A DNA stretch of 27,728 nucleotides from Macrostomum lignano (GCA_002269645.1 NIVC01003914.1:1-27728), one strand, 5' to 3'; counted from the first letter of the stretch, positions 10,301-21,400 are shown. Notes: generated from the letters alone by a model not told the origin. Numbers and translations: made by a program.

Positions 10301-13300
10301 GAAACGCGCTGCCAGCATTCTTGGTTTCCTGCACTACAGTCTGAACCAACTGTGAAGACAACAACAGAAAAAAGCACAATAAAAGGAAAAGCCCAACTCC
10401 TTCAGTAAAGAATGAGCTCTGTCATTATGACGCTTTATCTCAAAAATATAAAATTTGATTGCATCAATCTTGTAGTCATGGTGTTGGATATACATGTAGG
10501 GCAGCAGAGTGGCTCAATCGTCAACGCACCTCTGACTCCCTTTTCAAGATACAGAGGTACCCGGGACACGTTAATTAGGGCTCGTGCATTAAAGTCGTGT
10601 CATTCTCGCCATTGAGGGTCAACCACAGTGAGTGCATGCCCAGGTACGTATCCGTGTGTGCTCAGGGGTCAGCGGAATGGGCCTGACTGCTGGCCTCCTC
10701 GCCTTCTCTGCTTTGCGGCAGAGCTCGCTGCCCAACGTGATCTAAGCAGCCCAACTCACTGAATCAGATAAGCCAGGCCGGCCACCGCGCACGAGCCCAG
10801 CGTCCAAAAGTACTCAATCGCCATGCCGGTGTGGAAGCGAGCCTCCGGGCCCACAATCTCCGTGCCGATGACGAAGCTAACAGTGAACGCTCCCATCGCG
10901 CCGAAGCCGATGAAGAATCTGGTCAAGGCCATGGCAACTGGCGACTGGCAGAATGCGGAGCCCAGCGCGGCTGAGCCGTACAGGCAGAGGCATGCGATGA
11001 GGCAGCGGCGCCGGCCCAGCCTATCAAAAGCGAGCGTCGTTGAGAGCGCTTAAGACAAATTGTATTGCATACTCGATACACTAATTAATGATTGCGTGCC
11101 ATTACAAACGTGTTATAATTTTTCTCCAGAGACGTGAATGATTTAATTTAACCAGTTGTGCTCTGCACCTTTGTCCTTATAAATTATTATTTATATTATT
11201 CATGCAAAATAATATGCTCCTGAATTCCTATGTGAATGCGTTTTGAGATTACTATAAAAATGAGTAAAACTGGTTTAATACAAGCACGAGCAAGTACGAG
11301 CCTGGACATTTTTGGACAAGTCAACCAAACTTAACTAATAAGTTTCTGGTCGCTGAAACGTAATGTACTCCCGTGAATACTACTCAATAACGTGTAATGA
11401 AGTAGAAGGACGTTACACTCCGCAAGTCGTTCGAATTACACTAGAGGGGGGTTTTAGCTGTAAAATTCAATGGCGAGATAGGAAGTTCTCAGTTGTTTAG
11501 CATTCATAAACTGACTATAACTCTCCTGGACTGCTCAAGTAGAAGAACGGGAAACTATACGCTTCTTGGAACAATTTTTTGGACGCAGGTTCTACCGTAA
11601 AAAAAGTACAAACATTACGGAGATATGAAGTTTTAATTTTTTCTCCTATCAAAAGATAAAAATTGGGTCTGCCTTTTATCAAAAGCAACGACAATTTTTG
11701 TACTGAAGAAATGAAATTCTCCATTCTCCGTAATGTTTAGAACCACTTCCGAAGCAAGCAGACACTTGCTTCATTTTTCAAACCGGAAGTCCTGAAGGGA
11801 AGATATTGCGAATTTAGCGCTAAACAACAGTGAACTCCCTATCTCACTAGAGAATTTAGCAGCGACAACCGGCCTTTGCACCGCAACTTTTACGACCTGC
11901 GAGTGTGACGTCATTCTAATTAGCTTACACTCAGTTATCTACATGTTGAGCTCCCCAAAACTACTTCGCACTCCAGCAGCTCACAAGTCGGATAAGAATC
12001 CGGTCACAAAGACTCCGACCATGAACCCGGCGAAGGTGCAGGTCTTGATCCACGTGCCGACCAGAGCGTTTTTGCAGACCAGATTGAACTGGAATTTTTT
12101 TCGTTTTTAAATGCGCGCAAATGCTAGGGTTAAAGGAGAAGAAGATCTCGCTGCGAGGATCGGGGCTGGGAGTTTCGAGAAGGAGCGAATTACGCTAGAT
12201 AGTACTCATAGTAGGCACCGTGGTGATTTTGCTGCTGAAGAATTAATTGAGCTCAATCAAGTGTCAGAAAATATATTCGAATGAGAGCTGTGGGCACCTG
12301 GCACGACGCTTTCAGCGACAGCGTCCCACAGCCGGTGCTGAGTCAATTCTACCAATTCTGCTGACTCCTGAACACATACAAGCGCGTAGATACTGTAGGC
12401 AGCCACACAATCGTACACACGCTCACACAGGGTGTACATCGGCCCTGACTTTCTAATCGTCAGGCATGTACACCCTCTGTGCCTTGGGGAGCTGGCCCTC
12501 GTGGCTGTGAACTGCACGTCAACCCCACCTGCCAATTTTGTGCACACACGCTCCAAAATGAATGTGTCTATGCGGAGAATCGAACCAAGGGTCGCGGCGC
12601 GAGTGTCAGACACGCGTTTACCCTCAGAGGCAGAGGGGGTTGCACACCCTTATCTCATGACCTTGGACTCAAATTTTTTCCTACAGAATCTTCTCGAAAG
12701 CTAAAAATTTAAAGTTCTAACGTCAGTGTTTACTTTTAGACCTTTAGACAAGACACTACTATTAAAAGCTTGGGGAAAATACTATCGTAAAAAACCTCCG
12801 ACACTACTTTAAGAGCCTCGGATACCACTAGTAACTCATCGGACACCGCTATTAACGCTCACCGACATCACTGTTCGAACATCAGACATAAAATTTAGGC
12901 CCGCATAAAGCCCTTCGGTATGAATGGTAAAAAGTTATGCAGCTTCGGCATGTAGATGTAAATGGGCTTCACACAGTGTGTGATCGAACGCTTTTCAGGT
13001 CAATAGCACAGATAGCAATAAAATACGAGATGGGCCACTCAGGCATATACTTTGTAAAACAGCTTCTACTTTCAGTTCAGTAGCAAAGAAGAATACATAA
13101 GCTATTTTATAAAAATAAAGCCAGCTGAAATGACTTTGATAAGTTTAGAAGCCCAAGCTTGCAGGCGTAAACAACTTGCTAATTGGTTCAGCAATAATGT
13201 ACATTAGCCAGTCCACTGAAATGTACATGGCAGCTTTAGGCTGGAATTCCGAGAAAGGCAATAAAATATTAGGGTGCGGAGGGGTAGTGTGGAAAGGCGC

Positions 13301-15019
13301 GGTTGGAGGGTTTAAGCTGGGGGTAAGAGCCAATAAATAAGCCTTGGCTTTAAAAATACATTAAAATGCTTCTGTTTAACTTGCTACTGAACTGAAAGTA
13401 GCTTACACGCAAATGTGCTGAGTGGCCCATTCAGTTATTTTTGTATCTGTAGTCAATAGCTAGCTGTCCTGCTGATCGAGCGAAATATTAAATGGCTCTT
13501 CGTACATAAAACGAATTGCTATCAAATGCTAGATCCGATACATATACCAACTGACTTTGGAAAGCAAGGGTTTGTGGTATGGAGGCCCATTGCTAGCTAA
13601 ATACAAGCTTATGAGTAGGTGTTTCAAAACAATCAGTACCTCAGTGACGAAGGTACTGGCGAACTCGGTCTGGTCGTAAATCCATTCGTGACAGGCTGGT
13701 CCAGTCTCGTTGCCATAGCTACACTTGCCGATTGACTCGAGATTCTGGGCTACCGACTCATTCAAAGTGGAGCGATTGGAACCGATGCCCGACTGCGGGC
13801 GGCATCTGAAACCCAGTTTTTTTAAGTGCTTGACTTTACAAATAAATTTAACTAACAATAGCCTCAAATGGTACTGTTTAGTAGCACGTCAGAAATTTAA
13901 TATCTAAAATTTAAGGCGGTGTTGCTGAGACGCCAAGTCTCGATTGGGGGAATGCTGAAAAACTACGGCTTGAGTTTAGGATAGCTGGCTAACTACCAAG
14001 GCTAATATAATAATAGGGTATTGTTGATTGCTAAAGCCCTCCTGGCATTTTTAGGGATTTTAGGGGTTTTTGTGTGCTAATATTGCTTTTGTCGGCAAAT
14101 TGCTAGTTGTTTGAGCAAACTGTTGTTCAATAGTCAGTTTTGAGTGCTTAAATGGATGTTTAAGAATGATTTCAGTGCTGGCGTCCTTTTTAGTGCCGAT
14201 GTCTATGGCCGAATTATCAACTTGGTTGTCTATGTCTATGGGCAAGACCAAATCTACTGCTGCCAATTTCAACTTGGAATTCTCTCAACTTGGTTGTCTA
14301 TGTCTATGGGCAAGACCAAATCTACTGCTGCCAATTTCAACTTGGAATTCTCTCAACTTGGTTGTCTATGTCTATGGGCAAGACCAAATCTACTGCTGCC
14401 AATTTCAACTTGGAATTCTCAACTTGTTTGGCTTGACTATCAACTTGGCTGCTGACAATAGCAAAAAACTGTATTGTAGGCATAGGTTAACTAGGGCACC
14501 AGAATGAATACCAAAGTCCTTTTTTCCAGATCAGAGTCCAGAGGATTAAAGAGGACTATGAGAATTTCCCGTGAGAGGTTTTCCCGCCGAGGTTTTCCCG
14601 CCGCGATTTCCCAGTCGGAATTTCAATTCAAGTCCTTAGACTAAGACTTGAACTAGACTAGATTTCAAATCCGATTGGATTTGGCTTGAAATTTCGACTG
14701 GAAAACCCCAGCGGAAAAAGCTCGCGCGGGAAAATCTCGGCGGGAAAACTTCTCGTGGGGAAGTTCTCGTGCTCCGGGAAAACGGGGATGAGCTGAGCAT
14801 TTTTCATAGATGACTAATGAAAATCACAATAAAGCAGATAATTACAAGCCACCTAAGTCGCGATCCTCACCTGTATTCGGGAGTGTACAGTAGATAGATA
14901 GGCGCCAAGGTGTGAAATCCGCTGAGAATGGCAATCAGCGCCGGCACCAGGAAGATGAGCAGCTGAGCTCGGCCGAATCCGCCAATCTGCTTCAGCAGAT
15001 CGTCAAAGTTGAGCGTCAT
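7299..15019 (-). CDS. SLC22-family (MFS) organic cation/carnitine transporter-like protein, 9 coding exons, 585 aa
   Basis: join complement(14871-15019,13640-13805,11985-12088,10760-11020,9785-10219,9309-9532,8786-8967,8487-8635,7299-7386) = 1758 nt. All introns are GT-AG with matching phases. Motifs: FDDLLKQIGGFGRAQ, YDQTEFASTFVTEFNLVC, SDLLGRR, EIVGPEAR, PESPRWL, LGRK, AELYPTSIRN, PETGNRKLPD; C-terminus STKL. Confidence 0.92.
7691..8240. repeat. Minisatellite, ~11 copies of a 50/52-bp unit (SLC22 intron 8)
   Basis: Unit ATCGGGCACAGATCGTGA(GA)GTTTCATTGGTCGCAGATGATGTGTTAGCTAC starts at 7691, 7741, 7791, 7843, 7895, 7947, 7999, 8051, 8103, 8155 and 8205. Confidence 0.97.
8487..8635 (-). CDS. 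SLC22 coding exon 8 (QNFVPG...PETGNRKLPD...)
   Basis: Acceptor TTTTAG and weaker donor AG|GTGCCG. Confidence 0.82.
8786..8967 (-). CDS. SLC22 coding exon 7 (LSWLII...AELYPT...ADI)
   Basis: Acceptor ATACAG and donor GTAAGT. Confidence 0.9.
9309..9532 (-). CDS. SLC22 coding exon 6 (FSIALVYYG...LLAP)
   Basis: Acceptor CCTCAG and donor GTAAGT. Confidence 0.9.
9611..9662. repeat. Short tandem repeat, 19 bp x ~2.7
   Basis: TCATAGAACAATCCTACAA / TCATAGAACAGTCCTGCAA / TCATAGAACAATCC. Confidence 0.8.
9785..10219 (-). CDS. SLC22 coding exon 5 (DWRHLQ...PESPRWL...CFN)
   Basis: Acceptor GTACAG and donor GTGAGC. Central cytoplasmic loop with a Gly-rich expansion. Confidence 0.9.
10760..11020 (-). CDS. 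SLC22 coding exon 4 (LGRRRCL...GLAYLI)
   Basis: Acceptor TTGATAG and donor GTGAGT. 261 nt, phase 2/2. Confidence 0.88.
11985..12088 (-). CDS. SLC22 coding exon 3 (FNLVCKNALVG...FLSD)
   Basis: Acceptor TTCCAG and donor GTGAGC. Not in the ORF track (<60 aa). Confidence 0.88.
12410..12640 (-). mobile_element. Second tRNA-derived SINE-like element with a 3' hairpin
   Basis: B-box GGTTCGATTC (plus 12577-12586) preceded by a degenerate A-box. Inverted repeat AGGGTGTACAT...ATGTACACCCT at 12429-12476, followed by a GT-rich tail. Boundaries approximate. Confidence 0.45.
13007..13451. mobile_element. Old MITE with long diverged TIRs and an 8-9 bp TSD (SLC22 intron 2)
   Basis: GTCAATAG(C) is duplicated at 12999 and 13452. 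Arms share ACAGATA, ATGGGCCACTCAG and CTACTTTCAGTTCAGTAGCAA in inverted orientation. Confidence 0.75.
13640..13805 (-). CDS. SLC22 coding exon 2 (CRPQSG...ASTFVTE)
   Basis: Acceptor TTTCAG and donor GAG|GTACTG. Extracellular-loop cysteines and the YD..EF..T.VTE motif. Confidence 0.88.
14217..14430. repeat. Minisatellite, 3 copies of 68 bp plus a partial copy (SLC22 intron 1)
   Basis: TCAACTTGGTTGTCTATGTCTATGGGCAAGACCAAATCTACTGCTGCCAATTTCAACTTGGAATTCTC starts at 14217, 14285 and 14353; partial copy at 14419. Confidence 0.95.
14560..14768. mobile_element. Foldback/MITE-like inverted repeat with TTTTCCCGCC subrepeats
   Basis: Left GAGAATTTCCCGTGAGAGGTTTTCCCGCCGAG..TTCCCAGTCGGAATTTCAA pairs with right TTGAAATTTCGACTGGAA..CTCGGCGGGAAAACTTCTCGTGGGGAAGTTCTC. 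Confidence 0.7.
14871..15019 (-). CDS. SLC22 coding exon 1 (MTLNFDD...TPEYR)
   Basis: ATG at 15019 lies 5 nt after an acceptor CAACAG. Donor AG|GTGAG at 14870. Confidence 0.88.
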
Positions 15020-15379
15020 ACCACCTGTTGATTGAGTTGGTACATCGGAAATCATATTGTATAAGCGGGTCTAGCTACAGGTCAGAAAATTACAGTTCAC
15101 ACTGGAGACTATAAAGGTGCTACAACTAGATCTTGTCTTAAGACTTTGATAAATAATGCATTAGAAGCCAGTCACAGAGCAGCTCATGCATATATAAATA
15201 TCGGTGCGAATCAGATCTGAGTCTTAGCTGCCACCAATTTCGAATATTAATCATATGAGAGTATTACCAAGTGTCTTAAATTTACCTTACTGCCAAAATA
15301 ACCGCAGATAGAATCTTGAATTGCTTTACTGTCTACTCTTTAGTCGTTGCTGAATGCTGACAGAAATTAGCAAGAAGAG

Positions 15380-17400
15380 CAGCCCATTTCTGCTTTGCCT
15401 AAGAATTTCCAGACATTTATTTTATGCCTTCGCAATTTTGGCCTGGGAGTAGGTAAGAGTGGCGGGGGTGGGCGTTGTTTAGCCCGGGCTTGCAGTCCAC
15501 TGTGCGCGCTATTGCCCGCTCTGCGTGACCTTGAGAATTTTCCACAAGCCATCATCTCTCCCCCCGCTGAGCTTCTTCCCTTGCCGCTCTCTCCCACGAG
15601 CGTACAGTTTGGGGCAGCTCTGGCGGCTGAAGCATGAGTGTCTCTGCAGCAGTAGCATCAGCTGTAGTGCGGTTCATTCTTAAAGCGTTGTTACACTAAG
15701 CGCGTTGGCGAGCGGCTCCAAGGATGTGGCGGTCCACTGCGACCGAGACAGCTTGTCCTCAGATGATCCTGAATAATGAGCGCTGTGTGAGATTGCAGCC
15801 GGGCCGCCTATCCTATAAGGTGAGAGAGGAACAGAACAATGATGGGAAATCATTAATAGGGTGTCGGGAAAATGCCGCATCCTGCTCTGCGCAGCCTCCC
15901 GGCTCCAGTCAGTTTCAACCGTCACTCACCGACCCGCCTTGTCCTCCACCTTAATCCCTCCCTATCAACTTTCCATCCTACCTGAGCAAAACCCTCTTCA
16001 TTAACCTGCCCGGAGAAGATTCAGACTTGAGCGGCGAACTGGGGGGGGGGGTAGTGTCGACTCAGTTTCCCTCCCAATAATTATCAATCAAGAGAGTGAG
16101 AGTATCAACGACAACAAAACTGCGACTCAAGCTTTATTGGGAAATGAGAGTCCCGCCGTGGCTCTCCAATTTCGATTTGCCTCATTCAGTCTTCTCTCCT
16201 CGCTCGCTAATCAGTTGACTGGCAATCAGCCTCCAAAGAAGACTCGAATTTCAACTTTCTATGGTTGGGTTTGCTTGGGGCTCTCCTCTCCTCCTCATCG
16301 TGACGACTATAGAGCTTCGGTCAGCTGGGATTCGAAGTTGCTAAGACTTAATGGGGAACTGCGGGGAGAAAAGAACCGCGTGCATGCGAGGGCGATTGCA
16401 AGGGATTATGATGGGGATCGGGCCTCGGATAGGGGCATCGGTTGGTAAAGAACTTCGGGAATGCAATCCCATCTCTACCTATTGCGTCTCCCCCTACTCC
16501 CCCCTGCTCAATCTCTCCCAAGCCGATGCGGTCGCCGTTCCGAGCACCTCCTTTCTCCTTCTCATTACTGGGGAGAACATGGATGGGGCAGGGAGGCTGG
16601 GAGGAGACTCCGTCATCATTTGGGGGGAGACCTTAGGCCGGTGTGGCAGTCTTTTGTGTGCACCGGTGGCTTCTGTAATTACACGCCGGTTACTGTTCTC
16701 AGTCTCATAGCTAAGCTTTTCTTTCTCTGCTCTTCGTGCGGCCGATCCCCAGCTCCTGAGGGTTGAAAAAAGGCAGCGGAGGGCCGGCCTGGCGGCTACT
16801 TAAGGAGCATCGCCCGAGGATGAGGCAGCGGGCAAAACGCGGCCTACGACGGAAGCTGGACCCCGAAAGACAACAGAATCAGAATCGAAGAGACTGCAGG
16901 TATGTACCTACCATCCCTATATCTTATTATACTTAGCAATTCTCTCGTCACAACTTCCCCGGATGCAAGTTTGCCGCGTCAAGTGAGGCTGGCTTGAGTA
17001 TTTCATCAGGTACTGCCAGCTGAGGCAAGCAGAGCCAACCCCGCTCTCTGAGCCTGTAGGGGAGTAGAAACTGTCGGAGTCGGGATGAATGGGATGCGAG
17101 CACGGTCTCAAGCCGTCTCCGTCAGTTTCTAACCCCATACGGTCTCTAGCAATTGCAGTACCTTATGGATGTACTCTTGCTAAGCATCTCTAAGCAACTC
17201 GCAAAAACCGGCCGGCAGTCAGCCTCTCTATCTCACTAGTAGCGTAGAAAACTAAGAGCAGAAAAAGCAGAAACTGAATGAGTCCAGCAGCCGTCCTATT
17301 GAGAAAGTAGCGGGTATAAAAAAGCAAATAGACGAACTCTGTACCATATTTTCGCATCGGGCTGGTTAGCGTGTTCGCAGGCTCCACGCACACACAACGC
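15380..17400. mobile_element. Possible degenerate Gypsy-like LTR retroelement relic(s)
   Basis: GC-rich non-genic block. Plus strand: SPPAELL and GRLSYKV about 75 codons apart, then poly-G (16041-16051) and TGTCGAC. Minus strand: W-x9-EKLSYE, a Pro-rich linker, a purine tract, then AATAAA with a GT-rich element ending GTCGACA. The similarities are weak and judged by eye. Confidence 0.3.
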
Positions 17401-17786
17401 GCGCGAATGCAGAAACGCTTTTACAGAAAGCCACTTCTGCATTTTCTGGCTGCTTCAAGTGGCAGGGATGGGTGAAGCTGCCGGGCCCTGAGGCTGCTTG
17501 CTAGCTTAGTTCTGCTCGGACTAAAAAGCAAAACATATACAGATCAAAGTGCGCGCAGCAATGGATCTATAGAAAACTCGCTGTAGTGTTTAGAGTCTTA
17601 ATACGAAATATTTGCTGGCTGAATCATTTTTGATAACAACCTTTTATTTGGTTCGTACCACATACGAGCTACTTACACTGAAGCGTACTAACAAGTAGAG
17701 ACTAGAGCAAATTTCTCTATTCGTTGTGAAAGCTGGAAATTAAGTAAGACCAGATAAAAATTGGTACAGTCGCGACAGCATTCACA

Positions 17787-17897
17787 CCCGTCTAGAACAG
17801 CATCTACCCCTGTCTTGAACAGCATCTACCCCCGTCTAGAACAGCATCCACCCCCGTCTAGAACAGCATCCGCCCCCGTCTAGAACAGAATCCGCCC
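17787..17897. repeat. Minisatellite, ~5 copies of 22-23 bp
   Basis: (C)CCGTCTAGAACAGCATC(T/C)(A/G)CC repeated. Confidence 0.9.
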
Positions 17898-19487
17898 TAT
17901 CCCAAGCAAAACTCGTCAATTAAGGTACAAAACGCTTTAATTTAACACTGATTACAAAGTCAATGAATTTTATCGAATAGCTACTGATAACTGTATACGA
18001 GCCGTAGCTTTCCCATCGGAGTCAGCTGCTGTAGTACTTCAAATAGCTAAAGGACCCTGTGGCGATTTTAGGTTAATTACTTTACGAATAGTTAATTAGA
18101 AACCTTGCCGCAGATCAAGGTGTAGAACACTTTACTGAAACATCTAAATCGAAACGATACTACGTATATAGAGGATGACTGCATCTAGCTGACTTTATTG
18201 AACAAAATGTTACAAAGTATTTACTGATACAATGCTTGAGGAATCTGTGGTCAAAGAAGATGATTTATTAAGCTAATTGTCCCTTTACTTTCTTTCGATT
18301 TAAGCTAGGCCACAAAGGAATATTACCGGCTCGTAATTACCCTGCCTCTTCGCTGTGAGCGACATTCCACTAAGTTTTTCCAATTTTCCGTTTTTGAGTT
18401 AAATGCTTTTGTAATGACGCTTAAAAGACTATACGCATATCTATACTTTCACTGAAAGTTAATGTTGCCTTAAGTTATTTCCAGCTATAAGCGGTTTCAA
18501 ATATACCGATTTATTGGATTTTTGTCGCGTTCTGTTCGTTTGCTTTTGATGCATTTCCTACAATCTATGCAAGCATCATAATAGCACTACTGACTACTAT
18601 ATTTTCCAGTAGTAGAATTTGTCAGCAATCTTTCTTAGCGATTAATTTTGCGCATAGTTTGAACTTCTAACATCATCATAGTTAACGGCCCAGACTTTCG
18701 CATTGTCTGACATGTGCATGCAAGACAGACGCGGTGAATCACTGAGCTCCTCTGCCTCACCCCCCCCCTCCCCATATACAACATAATTGTTGGCCGTACA
18801 CCGTTAACACTCTGACCCTCATTTGTACAATGCCTTCCCCCGTCACCCTGCAGCCAATCAGCTTGCACGCTTCTTGTTTATCAGGCGCAAATCCACCCCA
18901 CGAAAATATCGATTGCTAAATATTGGCGCTCAAGGCAGCGCCTCTAAACAAAAATCTAAAACAATCATGACAACAAGATTGACGCAATCAAGTTTACTTG
19001 TATATATTTTGCTAATTGTATAAGCTAATCCGTCAGAATAACGGATGAAGGTCAATTTTGACCATTCCAGTCAGGGCGCATCGTCTGAGAGTTTGAACAA
19101 TCCAGACTCAATGGAATGCATGTAGAAGATCAGAAACCCAAATGTTTAAATATTTGCCCAGCCTCAGAGAGCAAATTAACAGAGTGGGCTTTCTAAATTT
19201 AACCTGTACCGGCCGAGTGCTATATTCGTTTTGAAAAAGAATAGCGCTCTTGTACTTCCGAACGAAAATTGGCTTGACTAAAGATTTTACTTTTATCCCC
19301 CACTTGTCCCGGTCAAATAAGTCTATGGTCAAGTGTTGAAGCATTTATTTGTCCCGGACGAAGAAACGATTTATTTGGAACTGACAACAACAACAGACCG
19401 AGCCAAGTTGTGGAAAAATACTATCTCTCCCGTTTATTCATTTGTCTATGGCCAGAACGACTTCAAACTCGTTTCTCAGGCCTCGGC

Positions 19488-19885
19488 ACGTATTAAACAT
19501 TCGCCGACACTTATTCAGACACTTCTACAGACACTTTAGTTTCTGTCGTACGAATCGTAGGAACAAGCATTAAATTTGTTTATTCCTAACAAACTATCAG
19601 TAAACTGCTTTATTTTAAGCTTTTTTTGCTTTATTTTATTAAATATGAATCATGAAATTTGTTATTCTGCATAGATTCTCTTCACGTGAAGAAGAATGTT
19701 AAATTTGTCCAGGACACTTCCTAATTCATATTTAATAAAATAAAGCAAAAAAGCTTAAAATAAAGCAGTTTACTAATAGTTTGTTAGGAATAAACAAATT
19801 TAATGCTTGTTCCTACGATTCGTACGACAGAAACTAAAGTGTCTGTAGAAGTGTCTGAATAAGTGTCGGCGAATGTTTAATACGT
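19488..19885. mobile_element. Mutator-like foldback MITE (398 bp, ~163-bp TIRs, 9-bp TSD)
   Basis: Arms 19488-19650 and 19724-19885 differ by 1 substitution and 1 T-run indel. TSD GGCCTCGGC at 19479-19487 and 19886-19894. Central palindrome TCTTCACGTGAAGA. Confidence 0.9.
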
Positions 19886-20108
19886 GGCCTCGGCGCATTA
19901 TATACTTATACCTCTTTTGGCCGCGCCGAATAAGTCTATGGTCGAATGTAAAAGCCGTTTATTTGTCCCGGCCAAATAAACGATCCAAATAAATAAGGCA
20001 AAGGAATGAGCCACAAAAAGTACTCAAAGAAATACACGTACAAGCTACAGATTATAATGTTTTAGAAAAGCGAGCAGTTGTTAACCAGTTTTTTGGCTTG
20101 ACAGTATA

Positions 20109-20241
20109 TTATTTCCGTTTATTTTAGTCTTTGGTCTGAAGCATAAGCTTCGGACTCGCATCCAGGCCTCGGCTTCGCCTCGGTCAAGAAACGAGTCCTC
20201 TGCTTTTGCTTCAAACCAAAGAAATAAATAAACGGAAATAA
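20109..20241. repeat. Short palindromic element centred on GCCTCGGCTTCGCCTCGG
   Basis: About 50-bp arms, TTATTTCCGTTTATTT..GGACTCG / CGAGTCC..AAATAAACGGAAATAA, around a loop containing GCTTCGC (GCGAAGC on the minus strand). Confidence 0.75.
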
Positions 20242-21400
20242 CTTTCATTTAGCCACACAGTATATTCTGTGCATTTAGCTGGCTTACGAGTGTAGCCACA
20301 TACTAGCTGTGTAGCACATTACGAGCTCAATGACTGAATTCCGTTGGGAATTCAATTCGATGAATAAAAAGATTTTACGTTCTTAGGGGTGCCCCTTCCT
20401 ACTTACATTCTTCTGCTGCATTTTAGCGAATAGGAGTGGCAGAACTCAAACGCACCGTTTCGAACTGTAAGTTTGGTCAGGACGGCAGGTGTGGGGTGTC
20501 CAAGTGGCCGGTGAATCACAGCTGCTATAGTAACAACGCCAAGTTTGTACCATTGATATACCTCCGTGCATTTTAAACAGTGATCTGTGTCAGCAGTGAG
20601 GGTATTTGACTAGAATCTATCAGTTTATTGCTGCCAGTACTGCCAGTGAGTAGTACGGATAAAGGCATGCGTCCTTTACTGCTGAGCTCCGCGCCGCCTT
20701 CAAAATCGACGACGAACGAGTGTACCAGTGTGGAAATATATCGATTGCCACGCCCATCCAAGCGACCTTCTGCATCGTCGGCGAATCCAGCTGCAGTCGA
20801 CGAAACGCCCACAGTCGGTACAGGAGGTGCGTCGCCGACGCTGACGTTATATGAATGATGATATTTAGAGAATGGAAGACTTCTTCCCGATCTCCATCGT
20901 GAGGTGCAAAGATTTCATGACTAGCTATGCAATACGATATTTGATCAGCAGATGTCAACAAAGCAAGCCCCTTTCAACTTGGAAGCTATCATATTTTTGC
21001 TTTCATATTCCGACCCCGCGCAATAAGCAAAAATCTACGGAGGACCATCGGCGCGTGACGCTGAATAGCGGAATTTGGGACTTAATTAAAAACTTCTATA
21101 TTATGAGCTGAAAGTTATTTTTCTCATTTATCCACGCATTTGTGATTCTGTGACTTATTTATTTAAACTTCCGTTACCGTTAGCATTCCGTGGGATTTCA
21201 TTTGTTGCCAGGGAAAGGCTGCATGGAGAGATCCGTAGGCTGAGCACATTGGCTGGGCTCGGCCAATCAAGCCCGTAAGAGACTCGCGCTTTTATGCTTA
21301 CATTTACGCTCGTATTTAAGAACCCGAGGAAAATGATGGCTTTCTGAAAAGCTACAGGTAGCTATCAATATTTTCAACCATTGGGAAGGCTGATAGCACA

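Noticed and set aside
12429-12476. Hammerhead ribozyme (minus strand CTGACGA-TTA-GAAA-GTC)
   Set aside because: The core-like words are present, but there is no stem II and no room for stem III; it is better explained as a simple hairpin.
12750-12890. Degenerate ~23-bp tandem repeat (GACAC..CTA..AA.GC)
   Set aside because: Too diverged to define a unit reliably by eye.
14060-14507. ORFs 14144-14455, 14166-14507 and 14060-14272
   Set aside because: Artefacts of the 68-bp tandem repeat; the same peptide recurs in shifting frames.
15020-15030. SL trans-splice acceptor before the SLC22 ATG
   Set aside because: A good cis donor (AG|GTAAAT at 15285) lies 260 nt upstream and could supply a 5' UTR exon. 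The two cannot be distinguished without transcripts.
21260-21270. CCAAT box for the GPCR
   Set aside because: A single 5-mer with no TSS evidence; expected by chance.
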